64,000 nucleotides of DNA from positions 157,352-221,351 of the forward strand of contig CP011209.1 of the NCBI GenBank assembly GCA_001029635.1. The letters are read 5' to 3'. Position numbers and translations under genes: made by a program. Shown here in pieces: positions 38,855 to 49,253 of this stretch (position 1 is its first letter; each line of letters starts with the position of its first letter). The notes beneath the pieces are model-generated. The model had not been told where the DNA came from. It worked only from the letters and a program-made list of their open reading frames with translations, and made no database searches. Origin of the DNA: Candidatus Wolfebacteria bacterium GW2011_GWB1_47_1 (lineage in GTDB: Bacteria; Patescibacteriota; Minisyncoccia; UBA6257; UBA9933).

Positions 38855-38882
38855 AAAACAACCCCGAAGGGTTGTTTTTTTG
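38855..38882 (+). terminator. Terminator after rpsI
   Basis: AACAACCCCGAAGGGTTGTTTTTTT. Confidence 0.6.
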
Positions 38883-38985
38883 TTGTGTGTCGGCACTCTC
38901 GCACGCCGCCAAGGGTTATGACCGGCGGAGTGCGGAGACTGGTATCCAGTTGCATTTCCCTATACTTTTTTGCATCATAAAATCA

Positions 38986-39456
38986 ATGCAGTATAAAACA
39001 ACCTCATCTACTGAAACAAAAAAGATTGCAAAACTTTTTGCGGAAGAATTAATAAAGACGAAGCCTGGCAAAAAGGCATTCGTGGTTATTTTTAAAGGCG
39101 ACCTTGGTGCAGGAAAGACCACGTTCATCCAGGGTCTGATGAAGGAGTTGGGGGTAAAAGGAAAAGTGATGAGCCCGACTTTTACCCTGCTCCGTTCGTA
39201 TTCTTTGGTATCCCGATCAAAGAGGAGTATCGTCGCGGGAGCTGAGTTCGCAAAAGTACACCACTTTGATTGCTACCGCATTGGCGATGTGAGCGAAATG
39301 AAAGAACTCGGGTTTGGGGAGTTGCTCGCCGATCCGCAAAATATCATCTTAGTGGAGTGGCCCGAGCGCATTACAAAGGTGCTTCCCCACGAAAAGATTT
39401 CAGTAGTGCTATCCTATGGCGAGACCATCAACGAACGCACGATTGAAGTAATATAA
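38986..39456 (+). CDS. tsaE: tRNA threonylcarbamoyladenosine biosynthesis ATPase TsaE (YjeE)
   Basis: P-loop FKGDLGAGKTTFIQGL, conserved SPTFTL and HFDCYR motifs. Confidence 0.8.
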   Translation: MQYKTTSSTETKKIAKLFAEELIKTKPGKKAFVVIFKGDLGAGKTTFIQGLMKELGVKGKVMSPTFTLLRSYSLVSRSKRSIVAGAEFAKVHHFDCYRIGDVSEMKELGFGELLADPQNIILVEWPERITKVLPHEKISVVLSYGETINERTIEVI

Positions 39457-39469
39457 AATGAATGACACA

Positions 39470-39500
39470 AAAAAGACGCACAGTATTGTGCGTCTTTTTT
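39470..39500. terminator. Terminator after tsaE
   Basis: AAAAGACGCACAGTATTGTGCGTCTTTTTT. Confidence 0.65.
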
Positions 39501-39624
39501 GTATTCCTCGCAGTGCGACGAGATATACATTTCTGTGGGCCTCCGCAGCGCGGTAGCGCGAGGACGAGTAAAATATTCAGCAGAATATTTTACGTGCGCA
39601 CAGAAACGTCATACCGAGAAGCTG

Positions 39625-42600
39625 TTATTGCCCCGCACCTCGCAAGAACTTGAAGGTGTCTTCGAAATTCTTAAAGATGACGTCGAAAATCGACTCACCC
39701 TTTTGTGGCGTGATGACTGTACGAGGACCGAATGTCGTCTTGTTGCCTGCCGAGTCGGTTGATTCGATCTTCATCTGATAGATCGTACCTGGCTTGAGGC
39801 TCGAAAGAATGATCGCATGATTATTGGTATATGTATCGAGCTGTTCTTCCTTGTTGGCAAATCCGTCCTTTACCTGTCCTGCTCCTTCCTGATAATAGAT
39901 GACGGAATTGGACAATTCATCCGTTACCCAAGTAATAACGGTCTGTACTCGGTCGTTTCGACCGGGGACAAGCGCTCCGTCTACTTTAAAGTTGGAGATC
40001 TTTGGAGCGGTGATATCGCGTACCGTCGAAACGGTCAGGGGAGCTCCGCCTTCAATCAAGTTGCCCTTTTCGTTGTATCCGAATACCGTTACTTCATATG
40101 CAGTTGCCGGGACAAGCTTATCGATGAGAATCTCGTGCTCCTTAACAAGCGTATTTTCTATCTTGCGCTGAATTTCTCCGGTTCTTACATTTTTGTATTC
40201 CACAATGGTTGATGCGGTATCTTCCGTGCTCCAAACAACATTGAAGGAAGTATTCTTTATGTTTATTACGCGTGCCGAGATTCTTGAGGCCTTTGTTGTG
40301 AAGGTTGTGTCTTGGCTACTACCCACAACTTGAGGTAGGGAGAACGATCTCACCATAAAGTGATATTTGGTATTTGGTTCCAATCCTACCAGGGTAAGCT
40401 GATGATCCGTTTCCTTTGATTCTGTGCGGGATATTTCTCCTACATACGGGTTTGGCCGCGTTGCGTCAAACTCGCTTTCTTTTGCGTAGAGAATGACTGC
40501 ATACGATTTGATGTTCGTCTTCCAGCTTATATCAGCCGTATTTTCGGTTATGGCCGTAATGCGGGGTTCTTCCACAAACGGCGGCAATACTCCCGGCAAA
40601 ATAGATTCGATGGTTTGCTCAACCTCTTCCTCATACTGTTTTACATCCTCCACAGTTCTGAGGCCAGGGCTTGCCTGGGTGAGATATTTAGTTTTGAAGG
40701 TCTGGCTTTCGGAGATCATCCGATTTGCCGACTTGTCGATCGCCTCGGCTTCAAACTTGTATTCCGTACCCATTTTCAACCCCGTTATTGTGAATTTATG
40801 ATGAGTCGTCCAATCGCGATGGCTGATGGTATCGGTAAAGGCATCTTTCCCATAATGCAAGAATCCAAGTGAAGGTTCGCTTGCATCAAACTCGATTATG
40901 GCTCCAAACGCAGTTGTGGTCGCTATTGTTATGTTCGAGATCGTCGGCGCGGTAGTGTCTTTTACCTCTGGCGGTGTAGACTGGCTCGCTCCTCCACCGA
41001 TAGTTACCACGCGCACTTCACCCTCCTGGGTTGTGGCAAACGTTGTAGACGTTGATACGGCCGCATTTCCCGATCCATCTCGGGATTCCACTGAAAACGC
41101 ATACGTCGTATTTGGAGTCAATGCGGTTCCCGCGTCCAATCCAATATTGACTGAGTGATACACGGAGAGGGTGGCGTCTGCCGGCGTATAGGTATTCATC
41201 GTAGAAGAACTTGCCCCATACCGCACTTGTGACGTTGCGGGCTCGCTTGTCTTCCAAAATACACTCACGCTGTTTGGTGTGCGGATTGGCGTAGAAACCT
41301 GAGAGATCGCCGGAGGGAAGGTATCGTTGGTCGTGCGGAAGGTGCGGTATGTACCACCGTTATCATCCATTGTGGTATTGCCCTGTACATCGGTCGATTG
41401 TACCGAGTAATAGTAGGTAGTCCCTGCGGCGAGGCCGGTGACGGGAACGGTATGGATAAAGTCTTCGGTTGTTGATGCATCTCCCACGGGGAGTGACGTT
41501 CCCCATACTTCCTTATATCCATTAAAGGACTGACTTACCGCATAGCGCACTAAGGTATCAGCAGTCTTATTGGTATGCCAGCTGACGAGCGCATTGGCAT
41601 CGGTAATGCCTTCGCCCGTGATCTGGGTGATATAGGGACCCGCAGTTGTATGGAAGGTATAACCCGCTCCGCTATTGTCATCGATTCCTTCATTAAGATT
41701 GGAATCCTTTGATGCAACCTTGAACACATAATCACTATCCGGGACAAGGGCCGAGAGTGTTACGCTGTGTGTTTGTCCGGCTCCCTGTTCTGTTGCGGTC
41801 ATGCCATAGGCGGCATCGCCTACTTTATTGTAGGACACGATTCCATCCGCGTCTTCATCGGTCTCCCACGTAATAGTCGCCCAGGTTGAGTGGACTACCG
41901 GTGCGGAAGGAGCGACGGTAAAGAGTGGTGCGTTAGAGTCGGAGCTACCGCGGCCGTCCGGGACATCGGTGAGTACTGGCGAGTACGCAGAAGTATCGTC
42001 GTCCGTATCGACGACAGCGATGCGATATGTGTACTCGGTCGATGATGCAACTTCGTTGTCGAGATAATAGGCCTGGAGCAATGTGGTCTGCGTGGCAAGT
42101 AAATCAAAGGTTATGCCATCAGCTGCCCGTTCCACGAGATAGTGCTTGAAGGTAGAGTTGGCAACATTGCCATGTACCGGCCATGAAATAAATTCCTTAT
42201 AGAGTTGGAGATCCGCCTTTGAGATATCAGTGAAGTCGATTCTGCTTGGCGCGCTCGGCGCAACGATAGATTGCTGACTTATGTTGCCCGAGCCATCGCG
42301 CACCTGTACGTAAATGGTCGGATAGCTCGAAGTCGCCACAGTCCATGTAAGCGATGATGCAGCTGTTGCGTTGGCATCAATCCACTGACCATCGGTCGCA
42401 TTGGTTGCCGACGATGACGAGGCGGTGAAGTTGGCAAATTCAGAGAAACGATATTGGAACGCCCCCTCGTCAGAGAATGCGAAGGTTAGTGCATTGGTGC
42501 GTGCGTCAAAGCGTGCCGTGGTGATCGTCGGGTCGGTAGTATCAATGACGAACGCGGAAGTTGTCGCGGTTGCGGTGCTGAAGATTGCCTCTTGGTCGTT

Positions 42601-45600
42601 GATCGTGATCCTGATCATCGCGGTGTTGGAGTAGACGCCATCAATATCTGCCTTGGCATCCCAATAGGCGCCGAGTACTGTAGCGGTCGCGCCGATCGGC
42701 TGTAAGCCGTTGGTGCCGCTTTCGAGCACGAGAGATGGAGAGGATGTCGCAATATCGGTCCAGGTGGAGCCATTGTCGGTTGAATACGCGAAGGACGGCT
42801 CGATGCGTCCCGGGATAGTTACGCCTTCCGCGGTATCCTCATCAAGAATGGTGTAGTTGACATGAACCTGTCCGTAGCGGGCATCGGTGGAGTCCGATAT
42901 GACACTTGCTGACTGCGATGAAAACGCCGGTCGGATATTGTACCCCGCACTGTTTGTATCGGTTGCTTCGTCTATATTGCCAAAGACATCGCGGATACGC
43001 ACGGTGATTGTTTCGCTGCGCGAGTCCACATGCCAAGGGAAGGTTGTTGTCGCAAGGGTAACACCATCGGATGCGAAGGCATCCCCCCAACTGTCTTCGG
43101 TTGCGACTCCTCCAACATAACCGTACCAGGTGGTACCGCCATTGCGGGAGAACTGCGCCTGAATCTGCTCATTGATCGGATGACCCGATAGTGAGACGAG
43201 GCGTAAGGTGACGTCTTTGGAGTCGGTGACTACAATTTCACTGGAATCGTTGATCAGTAAGGAACCGCCTGATAAGGTCGGTGGGGTGATGTCGAGAATA
43301 AACGAAGTCGATGTCGCGATACCGAGGTTATTGAGTTGCTCGGCATCATTTGCCGTTACGCGGATTCGAACATCGTCTTGTGAGACGTTATTAAGCTCCG
43401 TTTTTGCGTCCCAGTGTGCGGTGAACGATGCTGGGGTTGCCGATACCGTAGTGGACGCAATGTCCCCCGTTACGAGACTGGCCGGAATCCAAGTCGATTC
43501 CCCATCAAGTGAATAGGCAAAGGATGGTGTCGCTGCTATGTTATCAAGATCGGCGATCGTGTATTCGATGGTAACATCGGCATTGTTTGGATCAGGTGTC
43601 TGTGCCGCAGTAACCGTTACGATCGGTGCGCTGTTATATGACACGGTATTGGAATCAGTTGCGGGGCCATGGCCAAGAGTATCCATGATACGCACAGAGA
43701 TAGTTTCGGTCTTTTCGCCTAAGACAATATCCCACGCAACGGTTGACGTTGATGAGAACGACGTGCCATAGGCATCCTGTGCACCGATGGTGCCGTCGGC
43801 ATTTGCCGCATACCAAGTTACGCCGTCATGGGAAAGCTGTGCAATAATCAGCTCGCCTACCGGGGATCCGGTGACATCGGCCAACGTCACGGTGACGTTG
43901 GCGGAGGCTGCTTGTACGGTAGCGGAAGATCCGTTGATTACCACTGATGATTCGGTGAGTGCCGGCGCGGAAGTATCAAGATATAATGACGCATCAATCG
44001 ATGCGGAGAGGTTTCCCGCGATATCAATGTAGCGAACAGAGACGGTTTTGGTTGCGTCTCCCGCCGTAAGGGCATATGCCTTCGTGGTTGCGTATGATTC
44101 CGCGGAGGTCCAGGTGGTGCCATCTCCGGAGAATTGCATCTGAGTCACCGAATTATTGTCGGTTGCAGATAGATGCAAGACGACGTCGGTCGAGGTAGCA
44201 TAGGCGGATCCATCATTGATAACAAGGGTTCCGGTTGGTTCCTGGGTATCAAGCGTAATCGTATCGCTCGCGGTTTCGGAAATAAGGCCGGATCCATCGA
44301 TGACCTGCGCGGAAACACCTTGTATTCCATCGACACTCGGAATGGTCACGGATGATGTTGTCGCAAACGCAGACCAAGTAGACCAGGTAGCTCCTTCATC
44401 GGTTGAGGTCCGCATCTGGCTAGCCCCTGACCCTGCATCGGTTGCGGTGACCGTGAGGGTAACGGTTATGCTATTGGCAAACGCATTGTTGTCGTTAATA
44501 ACTAGTGAGATGACAGGCGCAATGGTGTCGATAAGAATATTGGCATTAGCCGATACGGACATATTATTACGTGCGTCACGGAACTGTGAGTAGACAGTCT
44601 TTAATCCCTCTCCCGTCGCAAGGGTATATGCTTTGGATGTCGCATATGATTCCCATGCAGACCAGTCGGTGTCGTTGTCGGAAAAGCGCATTGAGGCAAC
44701 TGATGATCCGGTATCAGTCGCAGAGAGATTTAATGTAACTGCCGTGGATGATGCATAGCTTGCGCCGCTATTAATGGCAATGGTTCCTGATGGAGCAATG
44801 GTATCGATCGCGAAATTTGCACTCGTTAATGATGCGGTATTACTGAATGTATCTGCATCGTCGGCGGTAAACCGAATGGCAAACGCGGAGCCACTCACGG
44901 CGCCTGCATACTGCGTCGCATCCCAGTAGGCGGAATATGAGGTATCAGTACCTGTCCCCACGGCAATCGGGGAACCAAATGCAACGCCAGCCGCATCGGT
45001 GAGTTGATTGATAGGAAGCGTTGCCCATAGCGAACCATCATACCATTCAAATGACGGTATCACCTGGTTTGTTGTGGAGTCGGTATCTCGGAGCGCGAAG
45101 TCGATCTTTATCTTGCCGAAGTTTGCGTCGGTAGAAGAAGCAAGTTGTGCGGCAGTAATAGACGCAATGGTTGGCGGTACGTTGTATGTATAGGTAGGGG
45201 TTACATCGTCAACCCTCGGCGTATATATTCCGTCAGAGGTGAGATCTACCTTGTATTGGAAATATTGATCTCCCGATCCATCCTGCATGGACGCGGGAAT
45301 TGAGGAAGAACCGCAGGTTACGGTGTCTGTAATCTTTCCACAGGCATTGGTGAAGGCTGTCCATATGCCAAGCGTATCGGTAGATGCGCCGGTACGGAGC
45401 GACACGGTAACGGAGGTATTAGCCGGAAGAGTCGTATCTTCTTTCCAGCTCAATCCGGTCATTATATTGGTCGCACTCGTGGAATTGTATAGGGAGGAAA
45501 GAAGCGAGCTTGTGGAAGCGTATCGTGCATATGTAATGGAAACGTCATCCAGTGACGGTGACTGCGAAGTATTTGCCGTCGAGAGCGTTGCCTTGTACTG

Positions 45601-48600
45601 AATGTATCGATGGCCCACCACTGCACCCAACGTGCTCAAGGAGATGCCGGTGTTAGTGGAAGCAGTGCCAAAGGATGCCGCATCAGAAAGATCAGCGGCA
45701 TTGCTGGTGCGCACCTGCATCGAAACAGTCTGTCCGCCCGAATTTGTCCACGAGAGATTGCCCCAGTTTGCCACTGCACTGCCCGCGTCCAAGACGCCGG
45801 AGGTGAAGGAGCCGGATGGATGGTAGCTGCCCGGGAAGGTAACAGACCCGGTCACGCTGTCGAGTGAGGGGGTAACTGCAGTATTTCCCCCGTTTGCCAA
45901 GGTAGCCTGATACCAGAGGTAGCGGCTATTAGATGGAGCGCAAGTCGTGTTAAGGGTGATTGACCCATTGGCGGAAACAGTCCCGGAATCGCAGGTGCCC
46001 GAAGCAAAGCTTGGCGCGCTCGCCGAGGTAGTTCCTTTAACCTTGATGCTGAAAGTTGTTCCCGAAGGATACTGTCCTGCGTACGCAAACGAGTTCCAGG
46101 TGTATGCGGCTGCGGAACCGGCGTCAAAGTAGGAAGTGTAGGTCCCGGAAGTGGCATACGATACGAGTATTCCAGGTACAAAAACAGTGTCTACAGTAGC
46201 AGTTGGCTGGATTGGAGCAGTAACACTGCCGGTCGTCGCCCCGTTGCCGACTTGGCCGGCGCCGTCATCTCCCCAGCACCATAAGCTTCCGTCGATGTAG
46301 GAGCAGGTGTGATTGTACCCCGTAGCAACCTGCGTCACGCCACTTGCAACGACCGTGGCAGGGGAATGTATGGCACCGGTAGTAGCCCCGTTGCCGATTT
46401 GGCCTAGACTGTCATCTCCCCAGCACTGCAGACTCCCGTCCGTCTTAACGGCGCAGGTGTGATTTTTCCCCGTAGCAACCTTCGTCACGCCACTTGCAAC
46501 GACCGTGGCAGGGGAAGTTATATTACCGGTGGTTCCCCCGTTACCGACTTGTCCCCAGCCATCATATCCCCAGCACTGCAGACTCCCTGATACGACGGCG
46601 CAGGTGTGATTGTCCCCCGCAGCAACCTGCGTCACACCGCTTGCGATAGCCGTGACAGGGGCAATCATGTCGTAGTTGGTCGCCGGCCCGTTGCCGACCT
46701 GGCCGGCGCCGTCACTCCCCCAACACTGCAGACTCCCGTCAGTCTTGACGGCACAGGTGTGTTTGGTCCCCGCGGCAACCTGTGCCACTCCACTTGCGAT
46801 GACCGTGACAGGGGAAGTTATGGCGCCGGTGGTCCCTCCGTTGCCAAGCTGCCCGTAGTTGTCATACCCCCAACACTGCAGACTCCCCGATACGACGGCG
46901 CAGGTGTGTTCGTACCCCGCAGCAACCTGCGTCACGCCACTTGCAATGACCTGGAACGGAGAAACGACATTGCCAGTCGTCGCCCCGTTGCCGACTTGGC
47001 CGTAGCTGTCATATCCCCAACATTGCAGACTCCCCGATACGACGGCGCAGGTGTGTGCGTACCCCGTAGCAACCTGCGTCACGCCACTCGCGATGACCTG
47101 GAACGGAGAAACGACATTGCCAGTCGTCGCCCCGTTGCCGATTTGGCCGTAGGTGTCGGATCCCCAGCACCACAGACTTCCGTCCGAGCTCTTAATGGCG
47201 CAGGTGTGAGTGCCTCCCCCGGCAACCTGGGATCCTAAAAGGGGTCCAGGCCCTTGGATGGATGGCTGGACTGGAGAAGTAATGTTACCGGTGGTTGCTC
47301 CGTTGCCGACTTGGCCTAGACTGTCATCCCCCCAACACCACAAACTCCCGTCCGTCTTGAAGGCGCAGGTGTAGTAGGTTCCCCCGGCAACCTGACTCAC
47401 TCCGGAAATTCCCGCGACTTGCACCGGCGAGAGCTGATCTTGCTCTAGGGCGTTGCCTAATTGGCCATATAGAATACTAGAATACGCATCGCTATAGCCA
47501 TTAGATCCCCAACACCACAAACTCCCGTCTGTCTTGACGGCGCAGGTGTGGTAATATCCCGTAGTTACCTGACTCACTCCGCTGGCAATGGTCTGGACTG
47601 GAGAGGTGACACTACCACTAGTTGTTCCGTTGCCGATCTGTCCGTTGCTGTTATATCCCCAGCACCACAGACTCCCGTCTGTCTTGACGGCGCAGGTGTG
47701 TAAGAAGCCCGCAGTTACCTGGCTCACTCCGCTGGCAATAATAGGGGCTGGAAGCATGACATAACCAGTGGTTGGTCCGTTACCAATCTGCCCGGCAGAG
47801 TCATTTCCCCAGCACCACAGACTCCCGTCTGTCTTGACGGCGCAGGTGTGGTAGACTCCCGTAGTTACCTGACTCACTCCGCTGGCAATGATCTGGTTCG
47901 GAGACGTGGTAAGGCCCCCGATCGATCCGATGCCGACCTGTCCATCGCTGTTATATCCCCAACACCACAAACTCCCGTCTGTCTTGACGGCGCAGGTTTG
48001 ACTCTTTCCTGCGGAAACCTGGACCACTCCGGAAATTCCTGCGACTTGCACTGGAGAGGGCTGATCTGACGGTATAGTATTGCCGAGTTGGCCAGTTAGA
48101 TCATAGCCATATCCTGACTCATAACCGTTAATTCCCCAGCACCACAGACTCCCGTCCGTCTTGACGGCGCAGGTATGACTGCTCCCCGCAGAAACCTGCG
48201 TCACTCCGCTGGCAATGATCTGGACTGGAGATGTAATAGCTCCTCCGATCACTCCGTTGCCAATCTGTCCATGATCGTTATATCCCCAGCACCACAGACT
48301 CCCGTCCGTCTTAACGGCGCAGGTGTGGTAATCCCCTACGGAAATTTGTGAAGACGTATCACGTAACGTTACGCTCGAATTAGAGCCGCTTACCCCGTTT
48401 AGGTTTGTGTCCGCATTTGCACCATATGCCCACCCTCCTTGCTGAGAGGGAGTTGCGACGGTGGATGTGTCATCGGTCGTTGTAATGCTTCCGGTCACGG
48501 ATTGCGTTGTGAGTGTAATCGAAGTTCCTGTCCCGCTTCCGGTAAGCGTGGTCGTTGCGGTGGTATACGCGCCATACGCAAACCCGCTTGCGGTTGTAGT

Positions 48601-48864
48601 TGCATCGCTTGTCTGGGTTATGGTCGTCGTCGCAAGCGGAAGGGTTAGCGCAGTCGAGGTCGCCAAGGTTGCCGAATTAAACTGTGTCCATCCCGTGCGG
48701 TTTGCCGATTCTGTTGCGATAGTGGCGGTTGCCCCGCCCGTCCACGCGTTTTGTGAAAAGCTCGCCGTAGTAGCCGCCTGCACAAAGTCTCCTTGTCCGA
48801 CTACAACGGATAGCAACGTAACCGCAACGGTTGCGACGGTAAGGGCTGATTTGAATATCTTCAT
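39625..48864 (-). CDS. Giant secreted surface protein (about 3080 aa from the MKIFKSALTV start): signal peptide, Ser/Thr-rich region, about 15 RCC1-like beta-propeller repeats, then multiple FN3/Ig-like domains
   Basis: Signal peptide MKIFKSALTVATVAVTLLSVVVGQGDFVQA. The motif HTCAVKTDGSLWCWGYNxxGQxGNG repeats about 15 times (RCC1/ATS1-type blades); FN3-like segments (TWATITWETDEDADGIVSYN, KHYLVERAADG...YTYRIAVVD). The internal track ORFs on both strands are artefacts. Confidence 0.85.
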   Translation of the reverse strand: MKIFKSALTVATVAVTLLSVVVGQGDFVQAATTASFSQNAWTGGATATIATESANRTGWTQFNSATLATSTALTLPLATTTITQTSDATTTASGFAYGAYTTATTTLTGSGTGTSITLTTQSVTGSITTTDDTSTVATPSQQGGWAYGANADTNLNGVSGSNSSVTLRDTSSQISVGDYHTCAVKTDGSLWCWGYNDHGQIGNGVIGGAITSPVQIIASGVTQVSAGSSHTCAVKTDGSLWCWGINGYESGYGYDLTGQLGNTIPSDQPSPVQVAGISGVVQVSAGKSQTCAVKTDGSLWCWGYNSDGQVGIGSIGGLTTSPNQIIASGVSQVTTGVYHTCAVKTDGSLWCWGNDSAGQIGNGPTTGYVMLPAPIIASGVSQVTAGFLHTCAVKTDGSLWCWGYNSNGQIGNGTTSGSVTSPVQTIASGVSQVTTGYYHTCAVKTDGSLWCWGSNGYSDAYSSILYGQLGNALEQDQLSPVQVAGISGVSQVAGGTYYTCAFKTDGSLWCWGDDSLGQVGNGATTGNITSPVQPSIQGPGPLLGSQVAGGGTHTCAIKSSDGSLWCWGSDTYGQIGNGATTGNVVSPFQVIASGVTQVATGYAHTCAVVSGSLQCWGYDSYGQVGNGATTGNVVSPFQVIASGVTQVAAGYEHTCAVVSGSLQCWGYDNYGQLGNGGTTGAITSPVTVIASGVAQVAAGTKHTCAVKTDGSLQCWGSDGAGQVGNGPATNYDMIAPVTAIASGVTQVAAGDNHTCAVVSGSLQCWGYDGWGQVGNGGTTGNITSPATVVASGVTKVATGKNHTCAVKTDGSLQCWGDDSLGQIGNGATTGAIHSPATVVASGVTQVATGYNHTCSYIDGSLWCWGDDGAGQVGNGATTGSVTAPIQPTATVDTVFVPGILVSYATSGTYTSYFDAGSAAAYTWNSFAYAGQYPSGTTFSIKVKGTTSASAPSFASGTCDSGTVSANGSITLNTTCAPSNSRYLWYQATLANGGNTAVTPSLDSVTGSVTFPGSYHPSGSFTSGVLDAGSAVANWGNLSWTNSGGQTVSMQVRTSNAADLSDAASFGTASTNTGISLSTLGAVVGHRYIQYKATLSTANTSQSPSLDDVSITYARYASTSSLLSSLYNSTSATNIMTGLSWKEDTTLPANTSVTVSLRTGASTDTLGIWTAFTNACGKITDTVTCGSSSIPASMQDGSGDQYFQYKVDLTSDGIYTPRVDDVTPTYTYNVPPTIASITAAQLASSTDANFGKIKIDFALRDTDSTTNQVIPSFEWYDGSLWATLPINQLTDAAGVAFGSPIAVGTGTDTSYSAYWDATQYAGAVSGSAFAIRFTADDADTFSNTASLTSANFAIDTIAPSGTIAINSGASYASSTAVTLNLSATDTGSSVASMRFSDNDTDWSAWESYATSKAYTLATGEGLKTVYSQFRDARNNMSVSANANILIDTIAPVISLVINDNNAFANSITVTLTVTATDAGSGASQMRTSTDEGATWSTWSAFATTSSVTIPSVDGIQGVSAQVIDGSGLISETASDTITLDTQEPTGTLVINDGSAYATSTDVVLHLSATDNNSVTQMQFSGDGTTWTSAESYATTKAYALTAGDATKTVSVRYIDIAGNLSASIDASLYLDTSAPALTESSVVINGSSATVQAASANVTVTLADVTGSPVGELIIAQLSHDGVTWYAANADGTIGAQDAYGTSFSSTSTVAWDIVLGEKTETISVRIMDTLGHGPATDSNTVSYNSAPIVTVTAAQTPDPNNADVTIEYTIADLDNIAATPSFAYSLDGESTWIPASLVTGDIASTTVSATPASFTAHWDAKTELNNVSQDDVRIRVTANDAEQLNNLGIATSTSFILDITPPTLSGGSLLINDSSEIVVTDSKDVTLRLVSLSGHPINEQIQAQFSRNGGTTWYGYVGGVATEDSWGDAFASDGVTLATTTFPWHVDSRSETITVRIRDVFGNIDEATDTNSAGYNIRPAFSSQSASVISDSTDARYGQVHVNYTILDEDTAEGVTIPGRIEPSFAYSTDNGSTWTDIATSSPSLVLESGTNGLQPIGATATVLGAYWDAKADIDGVYSNTAMIRITINDQEAIFSTATATTSAFVIDTTDPTITTARFDARTNALTFAFSDEGAFQYRFSEFANFTASSSSATNATDGQWIDANATAASSLTWTVATSSYPTIYVQVRDGSGNISQQSIVAPSAPSRIDFTDISKADLQLYKEFISWPVHGNVANSTFKHYLVERAADGITFDLLATQTTLLQAYYLDNEVASSTEYTYRIAVVDTDDDTSAYSPVLTDVPDGRGSSDSNAPLFTVAPSAPVVHSTWATITWETDEDADGIVSYNKVGDAAYGMTATEQGAGQTHSVTLSALVPDSDYVFKVASKDSNLNEGIDDNSGAGYTFHTTAGPYITQITGEGITDANALVSWHTNKTADTLVRYAVSQSFNGYKEVWGTSLPVGDASTTEDFIHTVPVTGLAAGTTYYYSVQSTDVQGNTTMDDNGGTYRTFRTTNDTFPPAISQVSTPIRTPNSVSVFWKTSEPATSQVRYGASSSTMNTYTPADATLSVYHSVNIGLDAGTALTPNTTYAFSVESRDGSGNAAVSTSTTFATTQEGEVRVVTIGGGASQSTPPEVKDTTAPTISNITIATTTAFGAIIEFDASEPSLGFLHYGKDAFTDTISHRDWTTHHKFTITGLKMGTEYKFEAEAIDKSANRMISESQTFKTKYLTQASPGLRTVEDVKQYEEEVEQTIESILPGVLPPFVEEPRITAITENTADISWKTNIKSYAVILYAKESEFDATRPNPYVGEISRTESKETDHQLTLVGLEPNTKYHFMVRSFSLPQVVGSSQDTTFTTKASRISARVINIKNTSFNVVWSTEDTASTIVEYKNVRTGEIQRKIENTLVKEHEILIDKLVPATAYEVTVFGYNEKGNLIEGGAPLTVSTVRDITAPKISNFKVDGALVPGRNDRVQTVITWVTDELSNSVIYYQEGAGQVKDGFANKEEQLDTYTNNHAIILSSLKPGTIYQMKIESTDSAGNKTTFGPRTVITPQKGESIFDVIFKNFEDTFKFLRGAGQ

Positions 48865-49075
48865 TCTATTGTAGCGTTTAGAGAATTGCATTGTATGTAT
48901 AAGTGTGTGTTTGTTTGAATAGGTTCTTCGTGTGGTATCACTTCGTAGTGGGGCTGGCTGTATATAAATCCCTTGGGGTGACTCCGGGGGTCGACTTCCA
49001 CCGGGGTCCCGATATCGTTTTTTAAAATGCAAAAATTCACTTTTTTGAAAAGTGTTCCGCAGTTCACGTATACGC

Positions 49076-49146
49076 AATGACGCACGCAAGAGTGTCATGT
49101 GTGTTCGTAGAGAATTCGTTTTTCATTTCCACGCAAATAGAAATGA
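49076..49146. promoter_or_regulatory. Conserved upstream region of giant gene 1 (AATGACGCACGCAAGAGTGTCAT ... TTCCACGCAAATAGAAATGA), repeated in inverted orientation upstream of giant gene 2 (58831-58892)
   Basis: 23-bp and 20-bp blocks are identical at both loci in the same orientation relative to each gene, 200-250 bp upstream of the start codons. Confidence 0.55.
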
Positions 49147-49253
49147 TTAACCAATGTTCAGTTATATCTACCCCATGTAGATTATTATCATTATACTATA
49201 TGCAAATATTTTTGCATAGTGCATAACAATGGTTCTTCCCGTATACTAAATGG

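Noticed and set aside
38884-38940. Imperfect long hairpin TCTCGCACGCCG...CGGCGGAGTGCGGAGA upstream of tsaE
   Set aside because: Single copy with mismatches; it may be a leader structure, but the evidence is too weak to call.
39817-48874. Dozens of 60-210-aa ORFs on both strands inside 39.6-48.9 kb (e.g. 46606..47238 +, 45852..46181 -)
   Set aside because: All lie inside or antisense to the single uninterrupted 3157-codon minus-strand frame with repeated RCC1/FN3 domains; they are Pro/Arg/Ser-rich and lack starts with RBS.
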